A DNA stretch of 63,987 nucleotides, filler included, from Dimargaris cristalligena (Eukaryota), in assembly GCA_003614675.1 (NCBI GenBank). It is 5 parts of 5 records of this genome, joined end to end, with 100 filler letters (N's around TTAATTAATTAA, not from the genome) between each part and the next. Parts side by side here need not be neighbours in the genome. Positions count along the whole stretch, not along the records: positions 25,723 to 38,473 come from ML003031.1; positions 38,574 to 51,264 come from ML003032.1; 3 more parts are not named here. One strand, written 5' to 3'. Below, one piece after another: positions 25,723 through 40,033 of this stretch. The translations under genes were made by a program, and so were the position numbers. Below the pieces are notes generated by a model, which worked only from the letters and a program-made list of their open reading frames with translations, was not told the origin of the DNA and made no database searches. Within the stretch, counting starts at the first letter, position 1. Each line of letters begins with the position of its first letter.

Positions 25723-28410
25723 AGCCACCATAGGCACCGCGCACATCCCTGCGCTCATGACACCGTAGAAGGCCACCAAGAAATCGATAACTTCAGATTT
25801 ACGGTACACCAAGGCGACGCGGTCCCCCTTGCACACTACCCCTTTGTTGCGGAGTAGCTTAACGATGCGCTCGGTCCTCTGGTAGAGTCGCTGCCAAGTG
25901 ATGGACATCCCTTCTTTGCCCTTGTTATCAATGCCCATATAGGCGAGGGTTTTGGGGGTTTGGATGGCGCGGTATTTTAGCAAGCCGGGGAGACTGGTGA
26001 AGTTATCCATCAGGAACTTGAGGCCCGGACTGTAAGCTCCCGCGGGGATATTGCGGGCCACTGAATGGGACTGGACCTGGAAGGTGGGGGGCTTAGGGGG
26101 TCGGAGAGCCCGGAGGAGTTCGTCCTGCACCTTATCGGCGATCCAGTCAGTTTTAGGAAGGCTGTCCGCGCCGAGAGGTTGGCTCTGGGCCGGATCAGCT
26201 GGCTGAGTAACACTGTCCACGGCTGCCTCTTGGGAACGGCTCGGGGAGGCGGGTGCTCTGAGGTTAAAGTAGTTAATCGTGGGGTTGGTGACGGCAGTGT
26301 CCTGGGCGGTCGTGGTAAGAGATGTGGCGGTGCTGGCAGAGGCGGCACCGGTGGCTAAAGGGTTGGTGGGGCCAGGACCATTGGACACTTTGGCCAGCAT
26401 ACCAGACTGGTTGCCCTTAAGTGCTATTGACATGGGAGGGCCTGGCTCGAAGGGATTGGTGGGTCTTCTCGGGGCCATCCGGCTACCCGCGTTATAATCG
26501 TCGGAATCGGAATCCGAATCCGACACGGAACCATTAACCACGTTTCTGGGGGTTAGCTTCCGTTGGATATGGATCTCCGAAGTGGTGAGGTGCTGTGGGG
26601 GAACAAAGCGTGGCGGGCGGGATGGGCTTGATCTGACCCCTACGCCAGGGTTCTGTTTGCGGACTGGAGTCGTTGGGCCAGTATCCGAGTCGGACGAGCT
26701 ATCCGAGGCATCGGGTAAATTGGCGATGCGCAATTGCCTGGGGGCGGTCCCGGGTAGGTGATAGACTAATGAATCAATATCACCAGTGGACGGAACCGGC
26801 ATGGTCAGCGGGGGTGGCTGTCGAGGGGGTTGGGACTGGGTCTGAGGCTGGGGCTGGGGCTGGACTGGGCGAGCCACAGGAGGGGTACTTAAGTCCTGTG
26901 AGGACAGGTTGGTAATTACGCGAAGGCCGGAGGCCGATGCGACCTGACGGGCCCGGGAAGGTGAGCTCGGGGGCCTGGAATCACCTGTCTCGCTGGTCAG
27001 AGAAGCGGCCCGACTGCCGCGCGGGAGTAGGGAGGCGGGGTCCAACTGCGGGGTGGCGTAATTGGACTTTTCCGATGGGGGGGAAGAGAGGGTCATAATA
27101 GGGGGAGGTGAACCGCTGTCCCGGGGAGAGCTAATACTTGAGGCCTCGCTCCAAGCGGGTACAGTGGGGTCTAGGATCAGATCTTCAATTTGCTGGTTCA
27201 TATCGTCCAAATTGTAGGAGTACGTGATGCTGGGGCGACGGGCCAGACGGCTGCCTTCCCGACGACCCCGGTCTACGAAGCCGTCCGGATCAGCCTCGTC
27301 CGGCAAACGAGGGAAAGGTTTTGGAGGATCCGACGGTTTACGCGAGCTGAATGCCGTAGGGGAGACCGGCCCGGGGTCCGATACGTGGACCGCCCTTTGC
27401 AGATTTTCGGTATTAACGGAGCGTTGCCGAGAACGGGGCGGGCGTGGCGGGGTAATTCCCAGGGGCGATGGGCTACTTGATAGGCGGGAAGGACGGGGAG
27501 GTGGGGTGGGTAAAATGGGGGTATCATCCCAGTCCTGATCATCACTGAGGCCCTTGGCCGGTGGGCTGAGGTGATGGACGTTGAGGGGATTGGACAGAGG
27601 GGCCTGTGGTGGTGGATCCGATGGGGGTGGAGCCTTTCGTGGCGACGAGTGTGATTGTGGGAAGGCAGGGGAACTGGCGCGAGGGTAAGGCCGGGTTTCG
27701 GAGGGTTGCGAGGCCGGAGTGGAGCCTGACGCTTGCGAATCGGCCCCCGAGATAGCGGAGTCCTCCAACAGTCCGGGCGGGGACAGGCCCTGGGGGGATT
27801 TACGGGTTCCCGCATAGATATCAATGGGCGAATAAAGGTCGGACATTTGCGCTGGGGGCTGGGCTGACGAAGCAGCACGCGCCGGTGGGGGAGGTCTAGC
27901 CCTGTTTGTGGAGGCGGTCCGCAGTAAACTGGACGACCGGCTGGGGATATCGGAGATGTGGTTGAGTAGAATGTCGAAATCGAGGCCGGCCAGGTTCGGG
28001 GAGGTGGTGGTGGAAGGGGACGAATTGTGGGAGGACAGGGGCCGGGAGGAGTAAGATGCATACGGGCCGGTATGGGTCGTGGCGGACAAGGCAGGCGAAT
28101 ACGTCACCAGGGGTGCCGCTGGGGACAATTCGGAAGGGGCGGGGGCAGTGCTGGAAGAGAGGGCGAATGAACCATGGTCGGCCGGGCGAGTGAGGGAGGT
28201 GGGGCTCAGGTCGGAGCGGACGCTTTGTTCGGCGTACTGTTGGCCCCGCAGGTAAGTCAGGAGAATCTGGCGGCGTTTCTTTTGGAACCCCTTCTGGGTG
28301 ATGTCGCCCTCGTCCAGGTCCTGCTTGAGCTCGGTGAGGGCCGAACGGTAGAAATAGGGCAGGTCGGCTAAACGGACGCCCTCGATGTCCAAGTCGTAAG
28401 GATCGTCCAT
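25723..28410 (-). CDS. DIP2: DIP2/Cmr2 family protein (DMAP1-binding domain plus adenylate-forming domain), 3'-truncated
   Basis: N-terminal LTELKQDLDEGDITQKGFQKKR (DMAP1-binding signature), then a long Ser/Pro-rich linker, then SLPGLLKYRA...ITWQRLYQR...GDRVALVYRKSEVIDFLVAFYGVMSAGMCAVP running into the gap. Confidence 0.88.
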
Positions 28411-30679
28411 GGAGGGTGACTTTCAGGTAGAAGCAGAACTGTGGGCCACACGTGCGAGGCAGACGAAAAAACCACAAGAATACGGATGGGACTCTACAGT
28501 TAGATAGGGGGAACAGCGTAAGTATAGATAAAGGAGAACGTAGGAGGAGAAAACAGAGAAAGGGAAAGAGAAGAGGCGGTGGCAAGTGGAAGGGAAGCTC
28601 TCAAGGTGTCTTCAGAGCCCAACTGACAGGCGAAAAAAGGAAGTAGAAGAACGTGCGCTAACCCCGTGGACACAGTCAGGTCGACATGTGCGAGAATATG
28701 GATGGACTAAGCCTGTATACTTAGAAGAAAGCGGTGAATGACGAAGAATATATGCAGAAGAACCTAGCCAAGGGACGAAGGGCAGTATATGCGGGAGAAC
28801 TTAACCAGGGAGCCAAGAGCATATGCGGGGGAACCAAAGCAAGGCCGACGGGAATTAAAGGAAAGCCACTGTTGCAGTGGAGGTGAAGTAAGGTTGGGGA
28901 AGGATTGCGGTTTTTTGTCTGGCCCCGTGGGCTAAACACCCACCCCCTCTATTTTACTATCCCATCATCGCACACCCTTTCCACCGTAAGTTCAGGCGTA
29001 CGGATGATGGTAAGGAGGTGGTGAAGGTGTCGTCGTCGTTGGCCAACGGAAGAGGAGGGGGCACTCAGGGGTTCGGCGTGCGGAACCGAAGCCGCACCAT
29101 TAGGAGGGTCGATGCAACTGTATACCACTCACACCCCTTGATCCGGCTGGTATTGACGGCCTCTAGTGGATGAACAATAGGCGGTCACCCATACACAATG
29201 GACTATGGGGCGGGTGTGTAATCCCGGGCTATTTTTAACCCTTAAATTGGCTGCGAATAGGCCACATTCCTCCCACAGCGATTGGAACAGAGAGTGACCA
29301 GCTCGGTTGGCTCTCCCCCATTTTTAGCATACACCCCCCCCTTTGACCGTCTCCCAGTTTATATAGGCTGTAACGCGGCGAGTTAGCGGCCCGGGACTAG
29401 ACCGATTCTTGATTTTTTATATATAAAAGATCTGTATAATGTGCAGCTACTGTGCATGCACGCTCTTCCTTACCGTCTCCTGCTTAGATCCCAGGAAATA
29501 GCAGGGCCCGCGCGATATTACGCTAAGTTATCTTATGAAATGGAGTATATACGGGAACCAAACGACGCGGAGGTGTGCTCATCGCTTAATTGATTAAGGC
29601 ATATTTATCTATATCCCACCGATCGGCCGTATCCCGTAAACAAACCGATTGTAACCCTCCCCCGCCACCATCATCCCCACCACTACCACTACCAGCGCGG
29701 CCTCTCGCCCACTCCTTCTCTTATTTTGCACTGCCCGATCTGGGACATACCTCTCTAATGCACCCGGTATGAGATGTCCATTACCCCCCCCTCTTCGCCT
29801 ACCCGCTGAACAAAACCTTATTACCCAACCGGCCCCTAGAGGTGCCACACTCACATACTAGTAGATTTTCTGTCGAATGTTCGGTTAAATGAATTGTGAA
29901 AAGGTCCTATAATGTGATCGACTGAGGGCTACTTTCCTCTCTATTTCTTACCCATGTGTGCGTGGGCTTTTCTACTCGCATGTGCCATCTTATCCCAGAA
30001 GGAACGCAACTCGTGTAGCCGAAAACCACCGGCCGCTTGACTCAGAGGTACCTTATCTGATGCCATTTATACACACATATGTGGAGTACCCACTATGTTG
30101 GTCTGCCGCCCTTCATCTCTTTAACTGGGGCTGTATGCTCGAGGCACAGCGCCAGGTCGTACCAACCCGATCATACCCGCTTCAACTAGTTTGGGCGTAA
30201 GGTATCTCTCGAGATATGCGCATATACTCTCCGTCGTTGTAAGGGACCGGAACCTCTTTTCTAATGGGCGGGGGATGATGCCGCTTCTTGTCTCTTTAGC
30301 TCTCTTATACCTCCTCTCTTTTACTTTCTCCCTTCTCTCTTTCACTACCCTTCTCCCCCAGTTATCTTCCTCACACACACACTCTCTCTCACCCTCCTCT
30401 CACTTTCGCTCTTCACCATATTTTCTTTTCCTCTCTTCTTTGCTTTCATTCATTCATTCTTTCTCTTTCATCTCCGCTGATTTCCCCTAGTCCTTGCTAG
30501 TGTGTCCAACCTGGGTTCATCTTGTCTCCTTTTCCTTTATTTCATACTCCGGCTTCTACGTCTATTACATTGACTTCCTTTTGTATCCCTTATTTATTGC
30601 CGTTTAGATATTCAGAGACCGCATAGACCCTACATTGCCCCTCCCCCCTTTCGCGCTTGCATACTCTGTGCTCTCAACG

Positions 30680-33042
<2,363 letters not shown>

Positions 33043-36000
33043 TTTGTTGGGGCTTCATCATTCGCCTCCGCGGCTCCCAAGCCATCGCCACTCTCCTTCT
33101 CCCCCCTTCCCGTGCGCCCACTACTACAGCATTGCTTTTTACTACTATTACTATGATATATTTTCCCCTATTTTAATACTGCGAGTGTTTTTTTTAAATT
33201 TTTTTTTTGCAACAGTCTCTTTTTCCAATTCGCATACCTTCTCCGTATCCATTTTGGTGAATTTGGCCGCATTGACCTCCCACCAAACTGCTCTTCTCTA
33301 ACCTTGCAAAAACTCACACACACACATGCGCACCTTCGACATTCCCATTTCTCAGCTCGTTTACCCCCCTTCCCCCCAACCTTGCTACACTTATACCTAT
33401 ACCATATACATATGGAGATGTGGGCTATTTATTATGCTGAAATTCCTTGGGTCCACCTTTTTACAATCATAAATCCAAGCCTCCGTTTCCGTCTCTCCTT
33501 AACCTCGTTTAAAGTATTATAATTGCCGAATCCGTGATGCTCCTCATCTTCGCACATGTTCCATCCGTCTAATGGCTTATCTATTCAATATACCGTTATT
33601 GTACCATGTCTTTTAAGATTTGTTCCATTTGTGCCCTGTTGGTTCTTGTCATTTCCGCTTTTTATACATAAAAATTATTTTGATGAATTTAATTTAATCG
33701 TGATTGGGGAAGAATATGCCTAATGATGCTCTCTCACGGTTCATCTATTTTAAGGCCATTTACATACAGCCATAAGGTACACCTATTTGCCCAAATTGTG
33801 GGCGATCTATAGGCGAGTTTTTCTGCACTCTTTTTTATTTGTGGTAAAGTTGATGATTAAAGCGAATGGGGCGGGTTTGCAAGAGGGGACTTTTAGGAAG
33901 GCTGGTAAACGGACTTGTCCTTTTTGTGATTTATAGACCTGCTTATGGGCCCGCCTTAGAACTGTATTTCTACACGCCGGCCCCAACCAACTAGAGCACC
34001 ATGACATCGCCCACGGGATAGTCCAAATCGGCTAATACTGGGTCTAGCCTAGTTACAATATCATCGGATTTAGAGGTGTATAAGTGAAGAGAGTATGGGC
34101 GGGGCGGTGGTGTATATAGTAATATTAAATAGTATAATAGCTGGGGCTGCCAATCAGCCGAACGGACCCAAACCAAGGCAATTTCACTGTGCAAGAGACG
34201 GGATAACCCAAGATGGGCGATAATAAAGGAAGGGGATATACATGGGGGGGGGGGGGGGTATTGGAGGTAGGGACGGGACCAAGGGAGCGGAGGGGCGAGG
34301 AGATTAGTATGAGGAGAGGCTATAAATAAATCGGGCTAAACTAGCTACCACACGCCGCCTGCCTACCCTTGCCCAGTAGTAGCCGCTGGCTGGTCCATCC
34401 ATTATTGTCCTGCCATTGTACTTGGTTGATTAAAGGATGCTTTCACTGGGTTAATGGGTGGTGGTGGGTCGGACAAGATAATCCCTTCCCTTCGTTTCAG
34501 TTTTGCCGACGGCCATATACTGGAAATAGTGGACCAATGCGTGGGACGTGTAGCTGGTATTAACCAAAGGTCGCACGTACAATGTAACTTTCGAAGGAAA
34601 TGCATCTCCTATACGGTATGGTCCCACCCCTCTCTCTCTCTCTCTCTTCCACCACACGTTTACGATGTGGTGACTTGATTAATCGTCTGACTTATTGAAA
34701 TGGTGAACTCCTCCCCCTCCCTTTCTCTTCATCCACTGGGGCAATGGTACGTAGTTGCTGGGACTATATGGAATATACTAGGATTTGCCCTCCCGCATGT
34801 CATTAATGTGTGTCGAGCTTGGCAGTGGCCAAGGCTGTTGTTTCTACATCCAGGGCATTGTGAGTATATGGTGAGTGGATGTAGCTAGCTGGAAATCGCT
34901 TTGATTGACCGTTTATTTGCCTAGTATACGTTTCGCAGGTGAAGATTGGCTTTATTAGCTTGTTAAGCATGGGTCACAATAGTCACTTTAGTTGAGCCAG
35001 GGGAGAAGTGGTCATACCGATAGAGAGATGTGGTTGAAGCGGGAAGTAGAGAGAGAGGGGGGGGCGTTAAAAGGCCGACAGTTCGATGATCAGCCACTTT
35101 TCTCCCGGGCCGGGTTGAAGACTATACTACTCTAGTCCTGTAGGATATTCCTTCCTCACTTCTCTTGACATCCGTCCACAGCTCTACCTATATGTAGTTC
35201 TTTTTTTTTAAAAAAAAAAAATAGGGGTATATATATATATATATACTATATACATTATAAAATGAACGGGCGCGCCCAGGTCTCGGGGCGAAATAGCCCG
35301 GTTTGCTCCGATAGGCCAACCCACACCATGGGGATTGCTGTGGTCCATTTCTTTACCTTTATTGCTGACATAAAGAACTGTATATATATTATAAATGTGA
35401 GAATGGATAGGAATATCCAACTTTCGAGGGTAAGCGCTGCGGAAAATTAATGCTGGATAAAGAAGAGCTTCGGTGAGGGGTAGCTCAACGGGCACTGTGG
35501 GTGGTACAAGTCAGTGGGTGGAAATGATATTCCCTACCTATTGATTCGACTCATGTCGCCTCGGCCGGTGTGGCTGAGCCGAGAGCCAGGGGCCCCATTC
35601 CTTGCCCTATCCGAACAGAGACACAAATCATCCTGCTGCGTGTATGTATGCGGTTTCCGGGTGCATATAGTCTGCCGAGTCCTATAAAACCTTCCGCTCC
35701 CGCTATTTACTTGACTAGCTTTCCCTTTTCCATTTCCTCGATTATTCATATAAATAGAATATATTCCCCCGTACACGGTTAACTCAGCTATTCGGATATA
35801 TATATATATCATATACCGCATTCTCTTTTATTTGATTTCACTCTCCTCAGCTGTGACTCCGACTTCTCCGTAGCCCTATCCCCTACCATCTTGAGTGGTT
35901 TACATACCCTTCGTTTAATTCCGCCGTAATCACCAAAGTCCGGACAATCCCTCTCCTTTCATTGGCTGCCAATCCCTCCGAGTTTTATCCACCAGATATT

Positions 36001-37745
36001 TCCTCACGTTATCATAGTCTTTGTTTTATATCTCTTCATTCTGCCCTACCTATACTCCTTCCCTAGGCAGCGTTTTCCCTTATCAAGCTTTTGCCTCATC
36101 CGATTTAGTTATCCATTACTCCTCCTATTCGTGTCCACATCGCCTTCGCACATCCCTCGGGCCACCCGTTCACTCATTCGTCTATTGCGCTAATCATCCT
36201 GCCAAACTTAGGTTAGCCTATTCGAAGCAACTCACTGCCAGCCCCACTGCTATATCGTGTATAACCCCCTCCTACCTATCTACTTGGCGTCACACCACCC
36301 TCCAGTAATTTCTACCTATTAGACTACTCGGTTTAGCCATTCCATTGGCCCCTGTTGAAATAATCTTCTCCTGCATAGCACCAGCTATTGCCCCACCTGC
36401 TTTGACTATCCCAAATCGGCCTAGCGTTATCCCGAAGCCCCCTCCTCCCTAACCTCGGCCAATTGATTTTGCTGCTATACAACTTACATCGGGCCTATCT
36501 TGCTTTTCGGCTCCCTGTACGCTTCACTGTTTATACGCCACCCGGCTTCTACCGTCTTCGCATTAGTTGTCGTCCTGCACGGCTAATTGCTTGGCAACTT
36601 CCAAAACCAAGCCGCGCTTTCTTGTTTATTACCGTTCATTGGATCTTAAAAGGCTGAAATTAGCTGTGGTATTGTCACATTCGAGCATCTTAAGTCCACC
36701 GCTTCTGCCTATTTATTCTCATCCCCTCCCCTCCCCGCCCTGTCACTATTACTCACACTCTGCCCCAACTAACTTGATTTTCAGATTGGACTGGTCCCCG
36801 CAAGTGTACAGTCTAATTTTTACCAAACCCCTGCTTCGTGCATTGCCCACCTGGTGGTTCTCAATTTCTGTATTAGTCCCCCATTCGCGCCTTCTATTTA
36901 CATACACTCATACACACGGTTATAAATACGCTGTTCCCAGCTAGGTATATTGTCACTGCCATCCCTTCCTTCTTCCTTTTTCGTGAGTCTCAAAAAAAGC
37001 CCATTATTGGCATACCAATTCCCTGCCGCCCCCGTTCTCCCCTCTGTTGCAGGATTTTTGAGCACCGCGGGTCAATCTTGGCATATTCCATTTGGTTTGG
37101 TCCCAGGCCCTCCCTTTTCCGACTTTTCGCTTTGTCCATTTTCCTCCCTCTTTGTCTTTGCCTGAACCCTTTTCATATATTTAGGCCTAGCTGGCTCTCG
37201 GTGGCCCTGGTGGTCTTGTCTTCCTTTCCCCTATTGCTTAGCTAGTTGACTGAGCTGCTCTCAACCCCCCTTTCTCCTTTATATCATCACACCCTCGCTG
37301 TCCCGCTGCGCTGGTCTCGCACCATTTTCCATATTTTTTTTTTGCAGTCGTTTGCCAGCCAGCCATTTACCCTCATTTTGTGCATTGACTGCACCTACCT
37401 TCGAGCCTTCTCCATTTACTCCTCCTTCCGTTTGTACAGTATTCCTTCACCCTAGTAGTGCTCCCAGAAGTAAACCCTATTCTTCCTATACGTGGCATCT
37501 CACTAGCCATTCTCTCCCACCGAATCGACTGCTACCCCACTTGAATTCCCAGGACAGTTTACTCCCCTTTAGTACACTCTACCGTATTTAGTAAAAAAAA
37601 CCAGGACGATAACGCAGGTGTGCCTCTAGCCCCTGTCGAACTTCCCCTACCCATTTGAGTTGGTACTGTATTTATTTCTCCCACCCTCGAATTCGTACTC
37701 CGCTGGCTGGTAGTTTCCAGCATATACCCCTTATATTTTCCCCCA

Positions 37746-38473
37746 ATGGATACACCCGGTTCCGCTTACCACCCGGCCGCACGTCGGCAGTACCTTGCAG
37801 ACGTCGAAGCTCCCAACTTTGGTCAACAAAATGCCCCTATGCAGTACCACGACAGCTATTCACTGAACCCATACACCACCCACCCTGTCATGTCCGAAGG
37901 CCCGTCTGAGCAATGGGGCCGCCAGTTCTCCCACGACTCTCAGTCCACCATTGTGGACCCAGCTTACCCCCCCGCAGCAATGACCACTGGTGATTTGAAC
38001 CGGCAGTATCTCAGAGGCAAGGATGTGAACGACGGCACCGCGTCAGTCAAGGCTGTGCCCCTTGTCCGTCCCCGAGCCCGTAAGGGTATTGTCGCGCTGG
38101 TTCCCGAAATATCTCTGGAACGGACCTTTTTTTATGCCCTCTGGGTCATCATGCAGCTGGCTATTTTCGTCCCCACCTGCCTCTACTACATCACCACCGA
38201 CGACTACAAGACCACTCGTGGAATCATGGGCCCCACCTTGGGCGTCTCCCGGGGCGCCGCCATGACCATTAATTTCGATGCGTCCATCATTCTCCTACTG
38301 GTGTCTCGTAATTTCTTGTCCTACCTTCGGTCAACCTTTGTCAGTCGTTACATAACCATTGACAAAAACATTCATGCCCATAAGGTCGTGGCCTGGTCCC
38401 TCATGTTCATGGTGTTCGTGCATGTTTTTGGACACTGTTTCAATCTTTCCAAATTAGCCAACCACCTGAAAGC
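37746..38473 (+). CDS. NADPH oxidase catalytic subunit (gp91phox/Nox family), 3'-truncated
   Basis: GVSRGAAMTINFDASIILLLVSRNFLSYLRST...DKNIHAHKVVAW...VHVFGHCFN, matching Nox TM2-TM3 with heme-ligand His residues. About 125 aa of N-terminal extension precede TM1. The ORF runs into the gap. Confidence 0.88.
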
Positions 38474-38573
38474 NNNNNNNNNNNNNNNNNNNNNNNNNNN
38501 NNNNNNNNNNNNNNNNNTTAATTAATTAANNNNNNNNNNNNNNNNNNNNNNNNNNNNNNNNNNNNNNNNNNNN
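38474..38573. other. Artificial contig-joining linker
   Basis: 44 N + TTAATTAATTAA + 44 N. Confidence 0.97.
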
Positions 38574-38966
38574 TGAAGAAGTTGGCGAACACTAATAATA
38601 TCTGATAGTTGCATTTGTATTTGTATTTACAGTATTGGTTCATTTTAACGGCTGAGAATCGCGTACATAAAGTTCACTTTATGCCCACCCCCTATAAAAG
38701 GTTGACTATGAATTAGGAATTAATGCAATCTCATTTTTTGTCTGTATTTGCTGGGGCGAAGCTGGATGTTTTAATTCTATGTTATTAGAAATAACATTAA
38801 TTATAGCACATACTAGCTCATTATCGGAGCTGTACTAGCATATTATCTACAGTTATGCTGGTAATTCGATAGTACGATTTTGGATATCATGTACATAGTT
38901 AGTTCGAGACTTTGAAGAATAATGTAATTGCAATCGATACTGATCATGTTGTATTACAGATTTTTC

Positions 38967-39085
38967 AGTTATGGCCATATGCGATTGTGTACACCGTATC
39001 CCGTTAGATCTGCGTAGTTAACTTATCGACAGCCAATATAGTACTGAGGTGGGAGACCACTTGGGAATAGTTGGTGCTGTAACTT
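38967..39085 (+). rRNA. 5S ribosomal RNA gene, dispersed copy
   Basis: About 119 nt. Helix I AGTTATGGC/GCTGTAACT; GGCCATA near the 5' end; ATCCCGTTAGATCT loop region; AGTTAA; TAGTACT; box C-like GGTGGGAGACCAC hairpin; GGGAATA; ends in a T-run. Confidence 0.9.
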
Positions 39086-40033
39086 TTGTTTTCAATTAGT
39101 GTTTGGCCTTTAACCAGTGGAAGAGAAACCCAATCGGACGTTTGGGTTTGATAAACACAACTATCATAGCGATATTTTTATTCAAACAGGAAAAGTCGGC
39201 TCATAACATTTACTTATACGGGATATATATATATATATATATTCCTAGTCGTAATACTTTTGAGGCTGCTTAATACATGGTACTTTGCTACGGTCCCTTC
39301 GGGCTGGGCATTTGTGCAATGGGGGCAGGTGCGAATTGCCGGCCGAGGGCAAAAGTTTAGTAAATCCGATCCCCGAATCGCGACAATATAAATACCACCG
39401 AAGTTCAATAGCGGTGGTCCAAAGTCTGCCAAATATGTATCTGGTACTGGTAAACCAACGATTTGGATGATTAATTACATCCTTTATTTAGTTTACGGTA
39501 TCGTCGCGATAGCCGAGTGTATTGAGAACCATCATCAGTTGACACTTACAATGGTTAACATAGAATTGTGATGGAAAGGTGAGGGTGAATAGAACAGTTA
39601 TCTATGGCATGACGGATAGGACCAGCGAGTACACATAGGGTAACCAAGAATTTGAATAGTTGGGTTAGATTGGGTTTGGTTAAACAAGTTGGCGCGGTAG
39701 GGAGAGTCAAACAAAATCAAGACGGTATGTGAATGGGAGAAGATAGTCATCATAGTATCAATACCATGGTTCACACTACCACAACTCAACAAACAACGGG
39801 CAGTAATAGGCGAGTGCTTAATAATGATTTAAAAATACAATCTATAAAGGGGTATAAAATTAGACCAAAGAGATTTTAGGTCATCTTGACGAGTGCGGGG
39901 ATGTGACCAAAAAAAGAAACCTCCCCCCAAACAAAGTATCCCGTCTAAAAATGCGACAACAGTTATCGTAACATTAAATATATATTTCACAAAAAAATAA
40001 TGGAAGACGTTGAATTTAAAATAAAAATGAATA

